NCBI GenBank assembly: GCA_017881445.1
Contig: JADGQX010000003.1
Coordinates: 1 to 61,574, forward strand
Source: Gemmatimonadota bacterium
GTDB taxonomy: Bacteria; Gemmatimonadota; Gemmatimonadetes; Longimicrobiales; RSA9
Length of the DNA: 61,574 nucleotides
Direction of reading: 5' to 3'
In this document: positions 9,244-18,612 of the stretch, in pieces
How positions within the stretch are numbered: the first letter of the stretch is position 1
Layout: each line of letters begins with the position of its first letter
Translations under genes and position numbers: made by a program
Notes under the pieces: generated by a model
Databases searched by the model: none
Told to the model about the DNA's origin: nothing
What the model saw: the letters and a program-made list of their open reading frames with translations, nothing else

Positions 9244-12093
9244 ATGCCGCGAGAGTTCTCCCGTCGCCGCTTCATCCTGAGTGCCGGGCAGCTGGGGTGC
9301 GCGCTGCCGCTGGTCGGCTCGCCCTTCGGCCGGGACCTGCTGGCCGGGCTCGAGCGCCAGCTCGTCCCTGCGCCCGGCGGACCGATGCCGCCCGGCCTTT
9401 TCGCCAGCCTGCACTGGCGCCTGCTCGGGCCCTTCCGCGGCGGCCGCGTGGACGCGGTGAGCGGCGTGCCGGGTCGCCCGAACGAGTTCTACTTCGGGGC
9501 CGTGTGCGGCGGGATCTGGAAGACCATCGACGCGGGCCGCACCTGGCAGCCGATCTTCGACGAGCAGCCCGTCGCATCCATCGGCGCCCTCGCCGTCGCA
9601 CCCTCCTCACCCGACGTCGTCTATGCCGGCACGGGCGAATCGACGCTGCGCGATTCCGCCAGCTACGGCAACGGCGTGTACCGGTCGAACGACGGCGGCC
9701 GGAGCTGGACGCACCTGGGCCTGGAGGAGACCCACCACATCGGCCGGATCGCCGTCGATCCGCGCAACCCCGACGTGGTCTTCGTCGCGGCCATCGGACA
9801 CCTCTACGCCGCCAACGAGCAGCGCGGCGTCTTCCGCTCGCGCGACGGCGGACGCAGCTGGCAGAAGGTGCTGTACCGGAATGGCGACGTCGGCGCCGTC
9901 GAGGTGGTCGTCGATCCGACGGATTCGAGGGTCGTCTACGCCGGCCTGTGGAACACGCGCCGTCCGCCCTGGTTCACCTACGCGCCCAGCAACGGACCGG
10001 GTGGCGGCATCTTCAAGTCCACCGATGGCGGCGACACGTGGCAGCCGCTCACGACCGGGCTGCCGGCGCAGGGGATCGGTCGCACGGGCATCGCCGTGTG
10101 CCCGAGCGATCCCAGGCGAGTGTATGCCGTCGTGGACTGCCTGGTACCGGAGCCGGGCGCGGTGGCGCCGCCGCCGCCCCCGCCCGACAGTCGCGGATCG
10201 TCGCGGCCCTTGCCCATGCAGGGCGGCTTCTTCCGCTCCGACGACGCCGGCGCCAGCTGGCAGCGACTCTCGTCCGACGAGGCCCTCTGGGGCCGCGGCT
10301 GGTACTTCGAGAAGATCACCGTGGATCCCCGGGACGCCGACGTCGTTTACGTGCCCAACGTGGCGGTCAACCGGTCGCTGGACGGTGGCCACAGCTGGGA
10401 CGTGCCGCGCGGCTCGCCGGGCGGCGACGACTACCACCAGATGTGGGTGTCGCCCGACGATCCCAACACCGTGATCGTGGCCAGTGACCAGGGCTGCATC
10501 ATCACGCACAACGCCAGGACGAAGGACCCCGCCGACGTTACCTGGACCTCGTGGCTCAATCAGCCCACGGCGCAGATCTACCACGTGTCCATCGACCCGC
10601 GCTTCCCCTACTGGGTCACGGGCGCACAGCAGGACAGCGGCGCGGTGGCCGTGCGCTCGCGCGGCCGGTTCGCCGAGATCAGCATGCGGGACTGGGAGCC
10701 GATCGGCGCCGGCGGCGAGAGCGGCTACACGGCGGGCGACCCGCTGCACCCCGGCATCATCTTCGGCGGCGCGGGGCAGCGCTACGACCTCGAGCTGAAC
10801 CGCTCCATCCCCACCTCGCAGCCGCGCATGCCGGAAGGCGAGACGGCCCGCGCCGACTGGACGCAACCGCTGGTGCTGTCGCAGGGCGACCCGCACGCGC
10901 TCTACTACGCCAACCAGTACCTCTTCAAGTCCACGGACAGCGCCCGCACCTGGACGCGGATCAGCCCCGACCTGACGCGGCCCGACCCCGGTGTCCCCGC
11001 GACCCTCGATGCCGCCGCGGCCGGGCTGGCCGGGAACGAAAGGCGAGGCGTCGTCTACACCATCGCGCCCTCGCCCCTGCAGGCGCCGCTGGTCTGGATC
11101 GGCACCGACGACGGCTGTATCCAGGTCAGCGACGACGATGGCAAGAGCTGGCAGAACGTGACGCCCGGGGCCGTGACGCCCTGGAGTCGCATCACCATGA
11201 TCGAGGCGTCGCACTTCGATGCTCGGGCGGCCTACGCCAGCGTGGACCGGCACCAGCTCCAGGATTTCCAGCCCTATGTATACCGCACGCGGGACCGCGG
11301 CCGGAGCTGGCAGAAGATCGTCCGGGGCCTGCCGGCGGACGGCTACGTGCACACGGTCAAGGAGGATCCCAAACGACGGGGGCTGCTGTTCGCGGGCACG
11401 GAGACGGGTGCGTTCGTGTCATTCGACGAGGGCGACGACTGGCAGCCGCTGCAGCTGAACCTGCCCGCCACATCCGTGCGCGACTTCGCGGTCCACGGCG
11501 ACGACCTGGTGGTCGCGACCTTCGGCCGCGGCTTCTGGGTGATCGACGGCATCGCGCCGCTGCGGCAGGCGGACGCGGCCATCGCCCAGGCGGACGCCTA
11601 CCTGTTCCAGCCCCCGGACACGGCGGTGCCCGTGCAGGGGCGCGACAACGGCACGCCGCTGCAGAAGGACGAGCCGCAGACCGCGAACCCGCCCGATGGC
11701 GTGTCCATCGATTACTACCTGAAAGCCGACGCGACGACGCCCGATCGCCCCGTCACCCTCGAGATCCTCGACGCCGCCGGCGGCGTGCTCAGGACCTTCT
11801 CCAGCACCGCCCCCCCGCCGGCGCCGCAGGGCCGCGCCGGGCGGCAGGGTGGCATCCCCAGCGTGTCGCCGCAGTGGCAGGTGCGGCCGCCGCAGTTCGC
11901 CGCCGGCGCCGGCGCACATCGCGTCGTCTGGTTCCCCGCTCCGGCACCGGCTCCCGGCGCCCGGGGCGGCGGTGTCTTCGGCGCGCCCGCCCTGCCCCTG
12001 ACGGGCACGTTCACGGCCCGCCTCACCGTGAATGGCCGGAGCTACACGCGCGGCTTCACCGTGCTGCCCGACCCGCGCAAGACGGATGGCTGA
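9244..12093 (+). CDS. BNR/Asp-box repeat, sortilin(VPS10)-like beta-propeller protein
   Basis: ATG 9244 precedes a Tat-like signal (SRRRFILSAGQ). S-x-D-x-G-x-x-W motifs recur (SNDGGRSWTH, SRDGGRSWQK, STDGGDTWQP, SDDAGASWQR, SLDGGHSWD, STDSARTW, DDDGKSWQN, TRDRGRSWQK). Confidence 0.75.
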   Translation: MPREFSRRRFILSAGQLGCALPLVGSPFGRDLLAGLERQLVPAPGGPMPPGLFASLHWRLLGPFRGGRVDAVSGVPGRPNEFYFGAVCGGIWKTIDAGRTWQPIFDEQPVASIGALAVAPSSPDVVYAGTGESTLRDSASYGNGVYRSNDGGRSWTHLGLEETHHIGRIAVDPRNPDVVFVAAIGHLYAANEQRGVFRSRDGGRSWQKVLYRNGDVGAVEVVVDPTDSRVVYAGLWNTRRPPWFTYAPSNGPGGGIFKSTDGGDTWQPLTTGLPAQGIGRTGIAVCPSDPRRVYAVVDCLVPEPGAVAPPPPPPDSRGSSRPLPMQGGFFRSDDAGASWQRLSSDEALWGRGWYFEKITVDPRDADVVYVPNVAVNRSLDGGHSWDVPRGSPGGDDYHQMWVSPDDPNTVIVASDQGCIITHNARTKDPADVTWTSWLNQPTAQIYHVSIDPRFPYWVTGAQQDSGAVAVRSRGRFAEISMRDWEPIGAGGESGYTAGDPLHPGIIFGGAGQRYDLELNRSIPTSQPRMPEGETARADWTQPLVLSQGDPHALYYANQYLFKSTDSARTWTRISPDLTRPDPGVPATLDAAAAGLAGNERRGVVYTIAPSPLQAPLVWIGTDDGCIQVSDDDGKSWQNVTPGAVTPWSRITMIEASHFDARAAYASVDRHQLQDFQPYVYRTRDRGRSWQKIVRGLPADGYVHTVKEDPKRRGLLFAGTETGAFVSFDEGDDWQPLQLNLPATSVRDFAVHGDDLVVATFGRGFWVIDGIAPLRQADAAIAQADAYLFQPPDTAVPVQGRDNGTPLQKDEPQTANPPDGVSIDYYLKADATTPDRPVTLEILDAAGGVLRTFSSTAPPPAPQGRAGRQGGIPSVSPQWQVRPPQFAAGAGAHRVVWFPAPAPAPGARGGGVFGAPALPLTGTFTARLTVNGRSYTRGFTVLPDPRKTDG

Positions 12094-12110
12094 GCCGGGC
12101 GTCTGGTTTT

Positions 12111-12188
12111 ACCGCCGAGAACGCCGGGGACGCCGAGAAAAGAACAAGTACTCAATCTGTCCTCGGCGTCCTCAGCGTTCTCGGCGGT
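12111..12188. repeat. REP-like 27-bp imperfect inverted repeat (hairpin) after the BNR gene
   Basis: ACCGCCGAGAACGCCGGGGACGCCGAG (12111-12137) pairs with CTCGGCGTCCTCAGCGTTCTCGGCGGT (12162-12188). The arms have 2 mismatches by eye and enclose a 24-nt AT-rich loop. Confidence 0.6.
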
Positions 12189-12279
12189 AGGATGTGGTTT
12201 ACGGTTCCTAGCGCAGCAGCCCTGACCCGCTCGGACCACTTCCCCCGCTTTCGCCACCACCACCATGCAGGAGGCCGTC

Positions 12280-13074
12280 ATGAGCATCGTCGGGGAATTC
12301 GTCTGGTACGACCACTGGACCAACGACCTGACGGCCGCGGAGGAGTTCTACACGCGGGCGATCGGCTGGAACACCCAGCGGTTCGGCGAGGGCCCGGACG
12401 CGTACGTCATGTGGGCGGTGGGCGACACAGCCATCGGCGGGATCGGCAAGGTGCCGCGCGAGGCCGACGGCCGCGCCGGGCATCCGCTCTGGGTCGCCTT
12501 CGTGGCGGTGGACGACGTGGACGCCACGGCGGAGCGGGCCCGTCGGCTCGGTGGTGGCATCCGCACGCCCGGCACCGACATCCCCGGCGTCGGCCGTTTC
12601 GCCGTCATCCAGGACCCGCAGGGCGCGGTCATCGCGCTGCACAGCTCCATCCAGGAGGGCTCGACCGTCCCCGCCGACCGGGTGAAGCCGGGGTTCGTCT
12701 GCTGGCACGAGCTGTACACGACTGACCACGAGGCGGCGTGGCGCTTCTACTCCGAGCTGTTCGGCTGGAAGCACACCAGCTCGATGGACATGGGCGCGGA
12801 CGGCCCCTACTTCATGTTCCGCCACGCCGACGCAGCCGAGCAGGCTCCGTTCGGCGCCATGTTCAATGGCGCCAGGACCCTGGACGTGCCGCCCCACTGG
12901 CTCTACTACGTCAGCGTCGAGGGGCTGGAGGGCACGCTGGGGCGCGTCCGCGACGCCGGGGGCGAGGTGTGTGAAGGCCCCATGGACGTGCCCGGCGGCC
13001 GGATCGCGCCCTGCCGTGACCCGCAGGGCGGCGCCTTCGCGGTCTTCTCGCACGAGCCGCCGCGCGTGCCATGA
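12280..13074 (+). CDS. VOC (glyoxalase/bleomycin-resistance) family protein, two-domain
   Basis: ATG 12280 follows AGGAGG. Two similar halves (FVWYDHWTNDL...IQDPQGAVIAL and FVCWHELYTTD...CRDPQGGAFAV) are typical of tandem VOC modules. Confidence 0.75.
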   Translation: MSIVGEFVWYDHWTNDLTAAEEFYTRAIGWNTQRFGEGPDAYVMWAVGDTAIGGIGKVPREADGRAGHPLWVAFVAVDDVDATAERARRLGGGIRTPGTDIPGVGRFAVIQDPQGAVIALHSSIQEGSTVPADRVKPGFVCWHELYTTDHEAAWRFYSELFGWKHTSSMDMGADGPYFMFRHADAAEQAPFGAMFNGARTLDVPPHWLYYVSVEGLEGTLGRVRDAGGEVCEGPMDVPGGRIAPCRDPQGGAFAVFSHEPPRVP

Positions 13075-13282
13075 CGGCTGGCGGCTCCCGCCCGCCGCGC
13101 GCCCGCGCCTGGCGTCCGCCTGGCCGAAGCCGGCGCGCGGCGGGCCCGGGCCGTGAGCGTTGCACCGACGTGAGGAAAGGGCATACCTTCGGCGCGCGAC
13201 GGCGGGCGCCGTCGCAGTCGCTGGAGAGCACCCGCGCCGGGCCGCACCGCCGGCGCGCACCCGCCCGGACGGGAGAGTGACC

Positions 13283-15355
13283 ATGCGTGACGAGGCGATG
13301 GTGTCGGCGACGGGGAGTCAGGGGCTGGCCCAGCGGCTGCGGCGGACGGCGCGGATCCTCCTCCGCGAGGCCGCCACCGCGTTCGAGCGCACGCCTCTCG
13401 AGGTGCTTCTGGGCGCGTGCGCGGCGGTCGGCTTCTCGCTGGCCATGGAGCGGGACAAGCTGGAGCCATTCGCGCGCTCCCTCGCCGCCGTCGGCATCGC
13501 GCTCCCGCTGACCTACGCCGCCAGTGTGCTGCGCGAGCGGGGCCTCGTTCCGGCCTGGCTGCGCTGGGGCATCTCCGCCGCTGCCGTCGCGGCGGGCGCC
13601 GTCTGGGGCTTCCTGCTCCTGGACCCCGCACGCGTGGCGGACGTCTGGCGCTGCTGGCTGCTCTGCGGTGCCAGTGTCGCGGCACTGCTCTGCGTACCTC
13701 TCCTGGACCGGGACGGGGGAGACCGGCGCGAGCGGACCCATCGTTTCGTTGCGCGCCTCGCCGCCCGCGCGGCCGTGGTCGTCGCCTACGCCGGCGCGCT
13801 CTGGATCGGGCTCTCCCTGGCGCTGGCGGCGGTCAACGGCCTGTTCGAGCTGCACATGGACGGCAAGGCCTACGGGCATCTCGCCTCGGCGTTGTTCATC
13901 CTGATGCCCCCCTGGGCGGTCGCCGCCGGGCTGCCGGCGCTCGTGGCGCCGATCGAGCCCTGGCGGGAGCCGCAGCTTCGGCTCTTCCGCCGCATCGGCG
14001 CCCTCCTGCTGGCGCCGCTCCTGCTCGTGTACCTGGCCATCGTCTACGCCTACACGGTGCGCGTGCTGGCGACGGGCGAGGTGCCGAAGAACCTGGTCTC
14101 GCCCGTGGTGATCGGAGCGGGGCTGCTCATCGTGGCGACGACCATCGCCCTCGAGCCAACCCACGACGACGAGGGAGCCGCCGGGCTCGCGTGGCTGCTG
14201 CGCATGGCGGCGCCGCTCCTGCTGCCGCTCGTGCTCTTCGCCATCTGGGCCGTTTCCACCCGTGTCGATCAGTACGGCTGGACGGAATTCCGCTACCTGC
14301 GACTCCTGGCCCTCGCGCTCCTGGCCGCCTACGGCGCCGCGGCCCTCTACCGCCTGCTGCGCCGCCGGCGTCCGCCGCTGACCGCCGTTCCGGCCGTGGC
14401 GGCGATCACGCTCCTGCTGGCGGCGATCGGGCCCTGGAGCGCGCCGGCCGTGGCGCGGCACAGCCAGACCGGGGCGCTGCGCCAGCTGCTGGCGGCGACC
14501 GGACGGACGGGCGCCGGCGGCGCCCCCAGTGCGGTCGAGCCGGCGGTGTTCCGCGGCATCACGGACAAGGCCGCCTACCTGCGCGGGCACTTCGGTTGGA
14601 CCGCAGTCAGAGAGGTGGTGCCCTGGATCGGCGCGCAGCCGGCCGAGCGGGGCGGCCCGCCCTTCTACGCGACGCGCATCGGCATCGTCGAGCGCATGGC
14701 CGCCGGGATGACCCGCGTCGTGAACGCGCGCCTGCCGGTCGGGCGCGGCATCCCGGGGGTCGAGCGCGGAACGCTCTTCCCCTTCGAGTCGGGGCCCGCT
14801 CCGGCGCCGCGGCCGCTGCAGTCCGGGCGCCCCGCGGGGACGGCGGGCGCCGCCGCGAAGGCGCCGCAGCCCGGGCAGCTGGTGGTGAGGATCGACAGCG
14901 CCTCGGGCCGGCTGCTCGTCGCCGTGCCCGCCGGAGATACGCTGGTCGCGGACGTCACGTCGCTGGTACAGGCGCTGATAGAGCGTTCGTCGTCCCGGAC
15001 CGGCACCCTGATCTATGAGGGCCGGCCGCGGGGCAATCGCGAAGAGCAGGCGGCAAGCGGGCGCTCCTTCGACCTCGAGCTCGACCCCGGGGAGGTGGTG
15101 CAGCCGCTTCGCCACGCCGACGGCCGCCCCGCCGGCCAGCTGGTCCTGCTCCGGCTCCAGGTCGAGTCCGCGCCCGCCGCTGCGAGGCCCGGGGCGGCCG
15201 CGGCGCCGGGGAGCGGCCCGCCGGCGCTGCCGGCTCCGGTGCTGCGCGTCCGCTCGGCCGAGGGGTTCGTCATCCTCTCGGCGCCCTACTCCTCCACCGT
15301 CATCCGCCCGACGCCGAAGACCCGTCGGTCGCTCGTCTCCAGCACGACGCGGTAG
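13283..15355 (+). CDS. polytopic membrane protein (DUF4153-like)
   Basis: ATG 13283 follows GGGAGAG. About 10 hydrophobic segments are followed by a soluble C-terminal region. The family assignment is from memory only. Confidence 0.55.
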   Translation: MRDEAMVSATGSQGLAQRLRRTARILLREAATAFERTPLEVLLGACAAVGFSLAMERDKLEPFARSLAAVGIALPLTYAASVLRERGLVPAWLRWGISAAAVAAGAVWGFLLLDPARVADVWRCWLLCGASVAALLCVPLLDRDGGDRRERTHRFVARLAARAAVVVAYAGALWIGLSLALAAVNGLFELHMDGKAYGHLASALFILMPPWAVAAGLPALVAPIEPWREPQLRLFRRIGALLLAPLLLVYLAIVYAYTVRVLATGEVPKNLVSPVVIGAGLLIVATTIALEPTHDDEGAAGLAWLLRMAAPLLLPLVLFAIWAVSTRVDQYGWTEFRYLRLLALALLAAYGAAALYRLLRRRRPPLTAVPAVAAITLLLAAIGPWSAPAVARHSQTGALRQLLAATGRTGAGGAPSAVEPAVFRGITDKAAYLRGHFGWTAVREVVPWIGAQPAERGGPPFYATRIGIVERMAAGMTRVVNARLPVGRGIPGVERGTLFPFESGPAPAPRPLQSGRPAGTAGAAAKAPQPGQLVVRIDSASGRLLVAVPAGDTLVADVTSLVQALIERSSSRTGTLIYEGRPRGNREEQAASGRSFDLELDPGEVVQPLRHADGRPAGQLVLLRLQVESAPAAARPGAAAAPGSGPPALPAPVLRVRSAEGFVILSAPYSSTVIRPTPKTRRSLVSSTTR

Positions 15356-16239
15356 TGGCCCGGGGGGACCGAGCCGGATGGCGGATGCCAGCCGTCCCAC
15401 ACGCGGAAGCCGTTGGCGTTCGCGGTGATGGTGACGTCCCTGGATAGGCGCAGGAGGGCGCCATCCCGCTGCCATTCGAGCTGCACGGTCGCCGGGACGG
15501 CCGTGGGCGAGAAAACCTCGAACAGCACGAAGAGCGCCCCGTCCAGCTTCTTCGACGAGGTGTGAGCGGCCAGCGGATGCCGCAAGACGAGGTCGTTCCG
15601 GTCGATGACGGAAGCGAAGCTGACGCGCTCCAGGCGCAGGGGCACCGGAGGGATGATCTGCGGAAAGCCCAGGACCACGCCCAGCATCCCCAGCGCGGCG
15701 GCCGCGAGCAGGAACCGCGCACGTCGTACCTTGCGCATGGTGCGCACCGCCAGTATCGCGGCGCCCCCGACGGACAGCAGCGCCGCGGCCGGGGCGGCCA
15801 CGCGAGGCTCGACCCTGGCGAGCAGCGGAATCAGCAGGTTGATGGCCGCGAACGCGACCATCGCGAAGAACGTGAGCGCGAACAGCGGGCGGGTGCGGAG
15901 CCAGCGGTCGAAGAGAAGATCGACGCACGAGAAAACGGCCAACCCGCCCAGGAGCACCAGGAACACGACGTTGGGCGAGCGCAGAACGGTGGAGTACGCA
16001 TAGAACGGCAGCAGGAAGAAGAGCGTCTCCTGGTAGAGCACGCGCGTCACGTAGGAGGTCACCTCCCGCACGAGCCCGGGGGCGCCTTCCGGCTCGAGCG
16101 CCGCGGCTCGGCCGAAGAAGAGCGTGGAGGCCCAAGTCAGGGTGAGGAAGAGCACCACCCACGGCACGAGGTGATAGCGCTCCCGCGCCAGCAGCAAGAC
16201 GACGGTGCCGCTGGCGAGCGCCCACGTCGAGTGCAGCAT
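15286..16239 (-). CDS. membrane protein with C-terminal DUF2914-like domain
   Basis: Minimal start is ATG 16239 (MLHSTWALASG); alternative upstream non-ATG starts are possible. A multi-TM N-terminus is followed by a C-terminal beta-rich domain (VQLEWQRDGALL...GHYRVVLETSD). Confidence 0.55.
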   Translation of the reverse strand: MLHSTWALASGTVVLLLARERYHLVPWVVLFLTLTWASTLFFGRAAALEPEGAPGLVREVTSYVTRVLYQETLFFLLPFYAYSTVLRSPNVVFLVLLGGLAVFSCVDLLFDRWLRTRPLFALTFFAMVAFAAINLLIPLLARVEPRVAAPAAALLSVGGAAILAVRTMRKVRRARFLLAAAALGMLGVVLGFPQIIPPVPLRLERVSFASVIDRNDLVLRHPLAAHTSSKKLDGALFVLFEVFSPTAVPATVQLEWQRDGALLRLSRDVTITANANGFRVWDGWHPPSGSVPPGHYRVVLETSDRRVFGVGRMTVEE

Positions 16240-16444
16240 CCAGAACAGGCTCCGGTGGCTGCCCCAGAACCGGCCTGCTCCTGCGCGCAGTGAGCGCGCC
16301 CCCGCCTGGATGCTCAAGAGCCGAGATCCTCCCGCACCTGGCCGTCCTCCTCCAAGTCGAAGCACACGTACGTTGAAGAGTGGACGATTGACCGGGTGTG
16401 CACAACGTCCGGCGCGGCCGTTTCGAGCTTTCAACGAGGATGGA

Positions 16445-17860
16445 ATGACGATGAGAATCGGCCGACTGACCACGACGGCCCTTTGCGTCCTGCTGGCCAG
16501 CGCCGTACACGCTACCGGCGCGCGCTCCCAGGTCGTGCCACTCTGGGCGCGCGGCGCGCCGGGCTCCGAAGGGAGGACCGCCCAGGAATCCGTCCGGTTG
16601 ACGCCGGAGGGCGAGCACATCGTGTCACAGGTCCATCGCCCCTCGATCACGGCGTTTCTTCCCGACAGCAGCCTGGCAACGGGAACGGCCGTGATCGTGA
16701 TTCCCGGCGGCGGTCATCGTGAGCTGTGGATGGACCACGAAGGCTATCGAGTGGGTCAATGGCTGAGCGCTCACGGTATCGCCGCGTTCGTGCTCAAGTA
16801 CCGTCTGGCCCGGGAAGAGGGCTCCAGCTACACCGTCGAGGGCGACGCGCTGGCGGACGTGCAGCGCGCGATCCGCGTGGCGAAAAGCCGGGCTTCCGAG
16901 TGGCGGATCTCGCCCGATCGGATCGGTGTGCTCGGGTTCTCCGCGGGAGGAGAGCTGGCCGCCCTCGCGGGTACCCGCTTCGACGCAGGCATGCCGGGCG
17001 CTGACGATCCGATCGACCGCACCAGCTCCAGGCCCGCCTTCATGGCGCTGATGTACCCGGCGATCCCGCGGGACATGACGCTCTCCAGGGACACGCCGCC
17101 CACCTTCCTCATGTGCGGTGAGAACGACTCGCCGACGATCTCGGAAGGCGTCGCCACGCTCTATCTCGCGCTCAAGCACGCCGGCGCCCCCGTCGAGCTG
17201 CACATCCTCACCGGCGTCGGACACGGCTTCGGCATTCGCGACGGCAATCCGCCCGCGGTGACCGCCTGGACGACGCTTCTCTACGACTGGCTCGCCGCTC
17301 GCCACCTGTCGGACCCGCTGCCCGGTCCCCCGCGGATCAGCACCCAGATGCGCGATGGGATCCCGAACGCGCCGTACATCCCTCCCTACTCCGCCGGCGA
17401 ACGCGCCTCGGCCGCACAGCGCATCCTGAAGAGCGCCTCGCCTCCCACACTGGGCGCGGTCGTAACGCTAACGCCCAATGAGCCTTACGCGGCCGATGGT
17501 TCGCACCTCTCCATCTGGAAGCCGTCCTTCGTCCTGGGAACCGCCAACGGAGGCGAGGTGGGCGTGAATTTCTGGGGCATCCACGACGAGGGGCACGTGA
17601 ACGTCGGCTTCAGGCCGGCTTCCGGCACCTCCACGCTGCTGGACTGTCGCCTGCTTTCGACGGGGGGGATCGCGTTCAGGATCTACAATGGACCGAGCGA
17701 CTCGCCCAGCACGAAGGGCGAGCGTGCACTGGACCACGGCCACGTCCTGCTGGTCGTTCCCGCACCCCCGGCGGGCGGATCGGTTTCCGTGGAGCTGTGG
17801 CCCGCGCCGATCACGGCGACCACGGGTTTCTTCGGCTGCACCCTGAGCGCGATCGACTGA
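16445..17860 (+). CDS. secreted alpha/beta-hydrolase (esterase) with an uncharacterised ~180-aa C-terminal domain
   Basis: The signal peptide is MTMRIGRLTTTALCVLLASAVHA. It has an oxyanion-type PGGGH and the nucleophile elbow GFSAGG. I recognise no family for the C-terminal third. Confidence 0.7.
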   Translation: MTMRIGRLTTTALCVLLASAVHATGARSQVVPLWARGAPGSEGRTAQESVRLTPEGEHIVSQVHRPSITAFLPDSSLATGTAVIVIPGGGHRELWMDHEGYRVGQWLSAHGIAAFVLKYRLAREEGSSYTVEGDALADVQRAIRVAKSRASEWRISPDRIGVLGFSAGGELAALAGTRFDAGMPGADDPIDRTSSRPAFMALMYPAIPRDMTLSRDTPPTFLMCGENDSPTISEGVATLYLALKHAGAPVELHILTGVGHGFGIRDGNPPAVTAWTTLLYDWLAARHLSDPLPGPPRISTQMRDGIPNAPYIPPYSAGERASAAQRILKSASPPTLGAVVTLTPNEPYAADGSHLSIWKPSFVLGTANGGEVGVNFWGIHDEGHVNVGFRPASGTSTLLDCRLLSTGGIAFRIYNGPSDSPSTKGERALDHGHVLLVVPAPPAGGSVSVELWPAPITATTGFFGCTLSAID

Positions 17861-17864
17861 CCGC

Positions 17865-18578
17865 TCAGTCCGCCGACGTCCCCAGCAGCTGCTCCGCGCA
17901 GAGGGCGCCATCGGGCGTGTCTTCGTGCTTGAAGAAGACGAAGACGTCCTTCCCGCCGCCCACCAGGTCCCGGGCCCGCGTCCGCATGGTGGCGATCTCG
18001 TCGGGCCCATATTCGGGCTTCCGCAGCCGGAAGTAGACGAAATCGGCCGTGACCACCTGCGGCACCGTCAGCTTGTCGGATTCGGCCAGGCAGAGCGAGA
18101 CGTTCCGCTCGGCCAGCAGCCGATAGACCGGCTCGACCAGCCATGACTCGTGGCGGAACTCGAAGGCGGTGCGCACGTCGGCCGGGAGCAGCGTGAGATA
18201 GTCGCGCAGCAGCTCGACATCGCAGCGCAGGTAGGGCGGGAGCTGGAACAGCACCGGGCCCAACCGGCCGGCGGCACGCAGGGGATCGAGCGCTCCCAGG
18301 AAGTAGGCGGTCGGCTGGGCCGCGTCCTTCAGCTTCTGGAAGTGCGTGATGCGCTGGTTGGCCTTCAGGGCGAAGCGGAATCCGGCCGGCGTGGCCGCGG
18401 CCCAGCCGGCGAGTGTGCCCGCCGCCGGCATGCGCCGGAAGGTGTAGTTGATCTCCACGGAGTTCAGCCGCGTCGCGTAGTGCTCGAGGAACTTCTTCTG
18501 GGGCAGGTCGCGAGGATAGAAGCCGGGTTTCCAGTTGGGGTACGCGAAGCCCGACGTGCCCGCGAAGAGCTGAGCCAT
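17865..18578 (-). CDS. DUF72 (YecE-like) family protein
   Basis: ATG 18578 starts MAQLFAGTSGFAYPNWKPGFYP...FLEHYATRLNSVEINYTFRRMP, the typical DUF72 N-terminus. The upstream part of the 400-aa track ORF is compositional noise. Confidence 0.8.
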   Translation of the reverse strand: MAQLFAGTSGFAYPNWKPGFYPRDLPQKKFLEHYATRLNSVEINYTFRRMPAAGTLAGWAAATPAGFRFALKANQRITHFQKLKDAAQPTAYFLGALDPLRAAGRLGPVLFQLPPYLRCDVELLRDYLTLLPADVRTAFEFRHESWLVEPVYRLLAERNVSLCLAESDKLTVPQVVTADFVYFRLRKPEYGPDEIATMRTRARDLVGGGKDVFVFFKHEDTPDGALCAEQLLGTSAD

Positions 18579-18612
18579 GGACGCCTCTCGCTGCTGGGGA
18601 CGCATCTGCCCT

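Noticed and set aside
10551-12725. 724-aa plus-strand ORF and similar long alternative-frame ORFs over 9297-12100
   Set aside because: They overlap the BNR-repeat protein frame, which carries eight clear Asp-box motifs. The alternative frames are Arg/Pro/Gly-rich noise.
12911-16618. 1235-aa minus-strand ORF
   Set aside because: It runs antisense through the VOC and DUF4153-like genes and out of frame with the DUF2914-like gene. Its composition is dominated by R/P/G/A, with no domain signatures.
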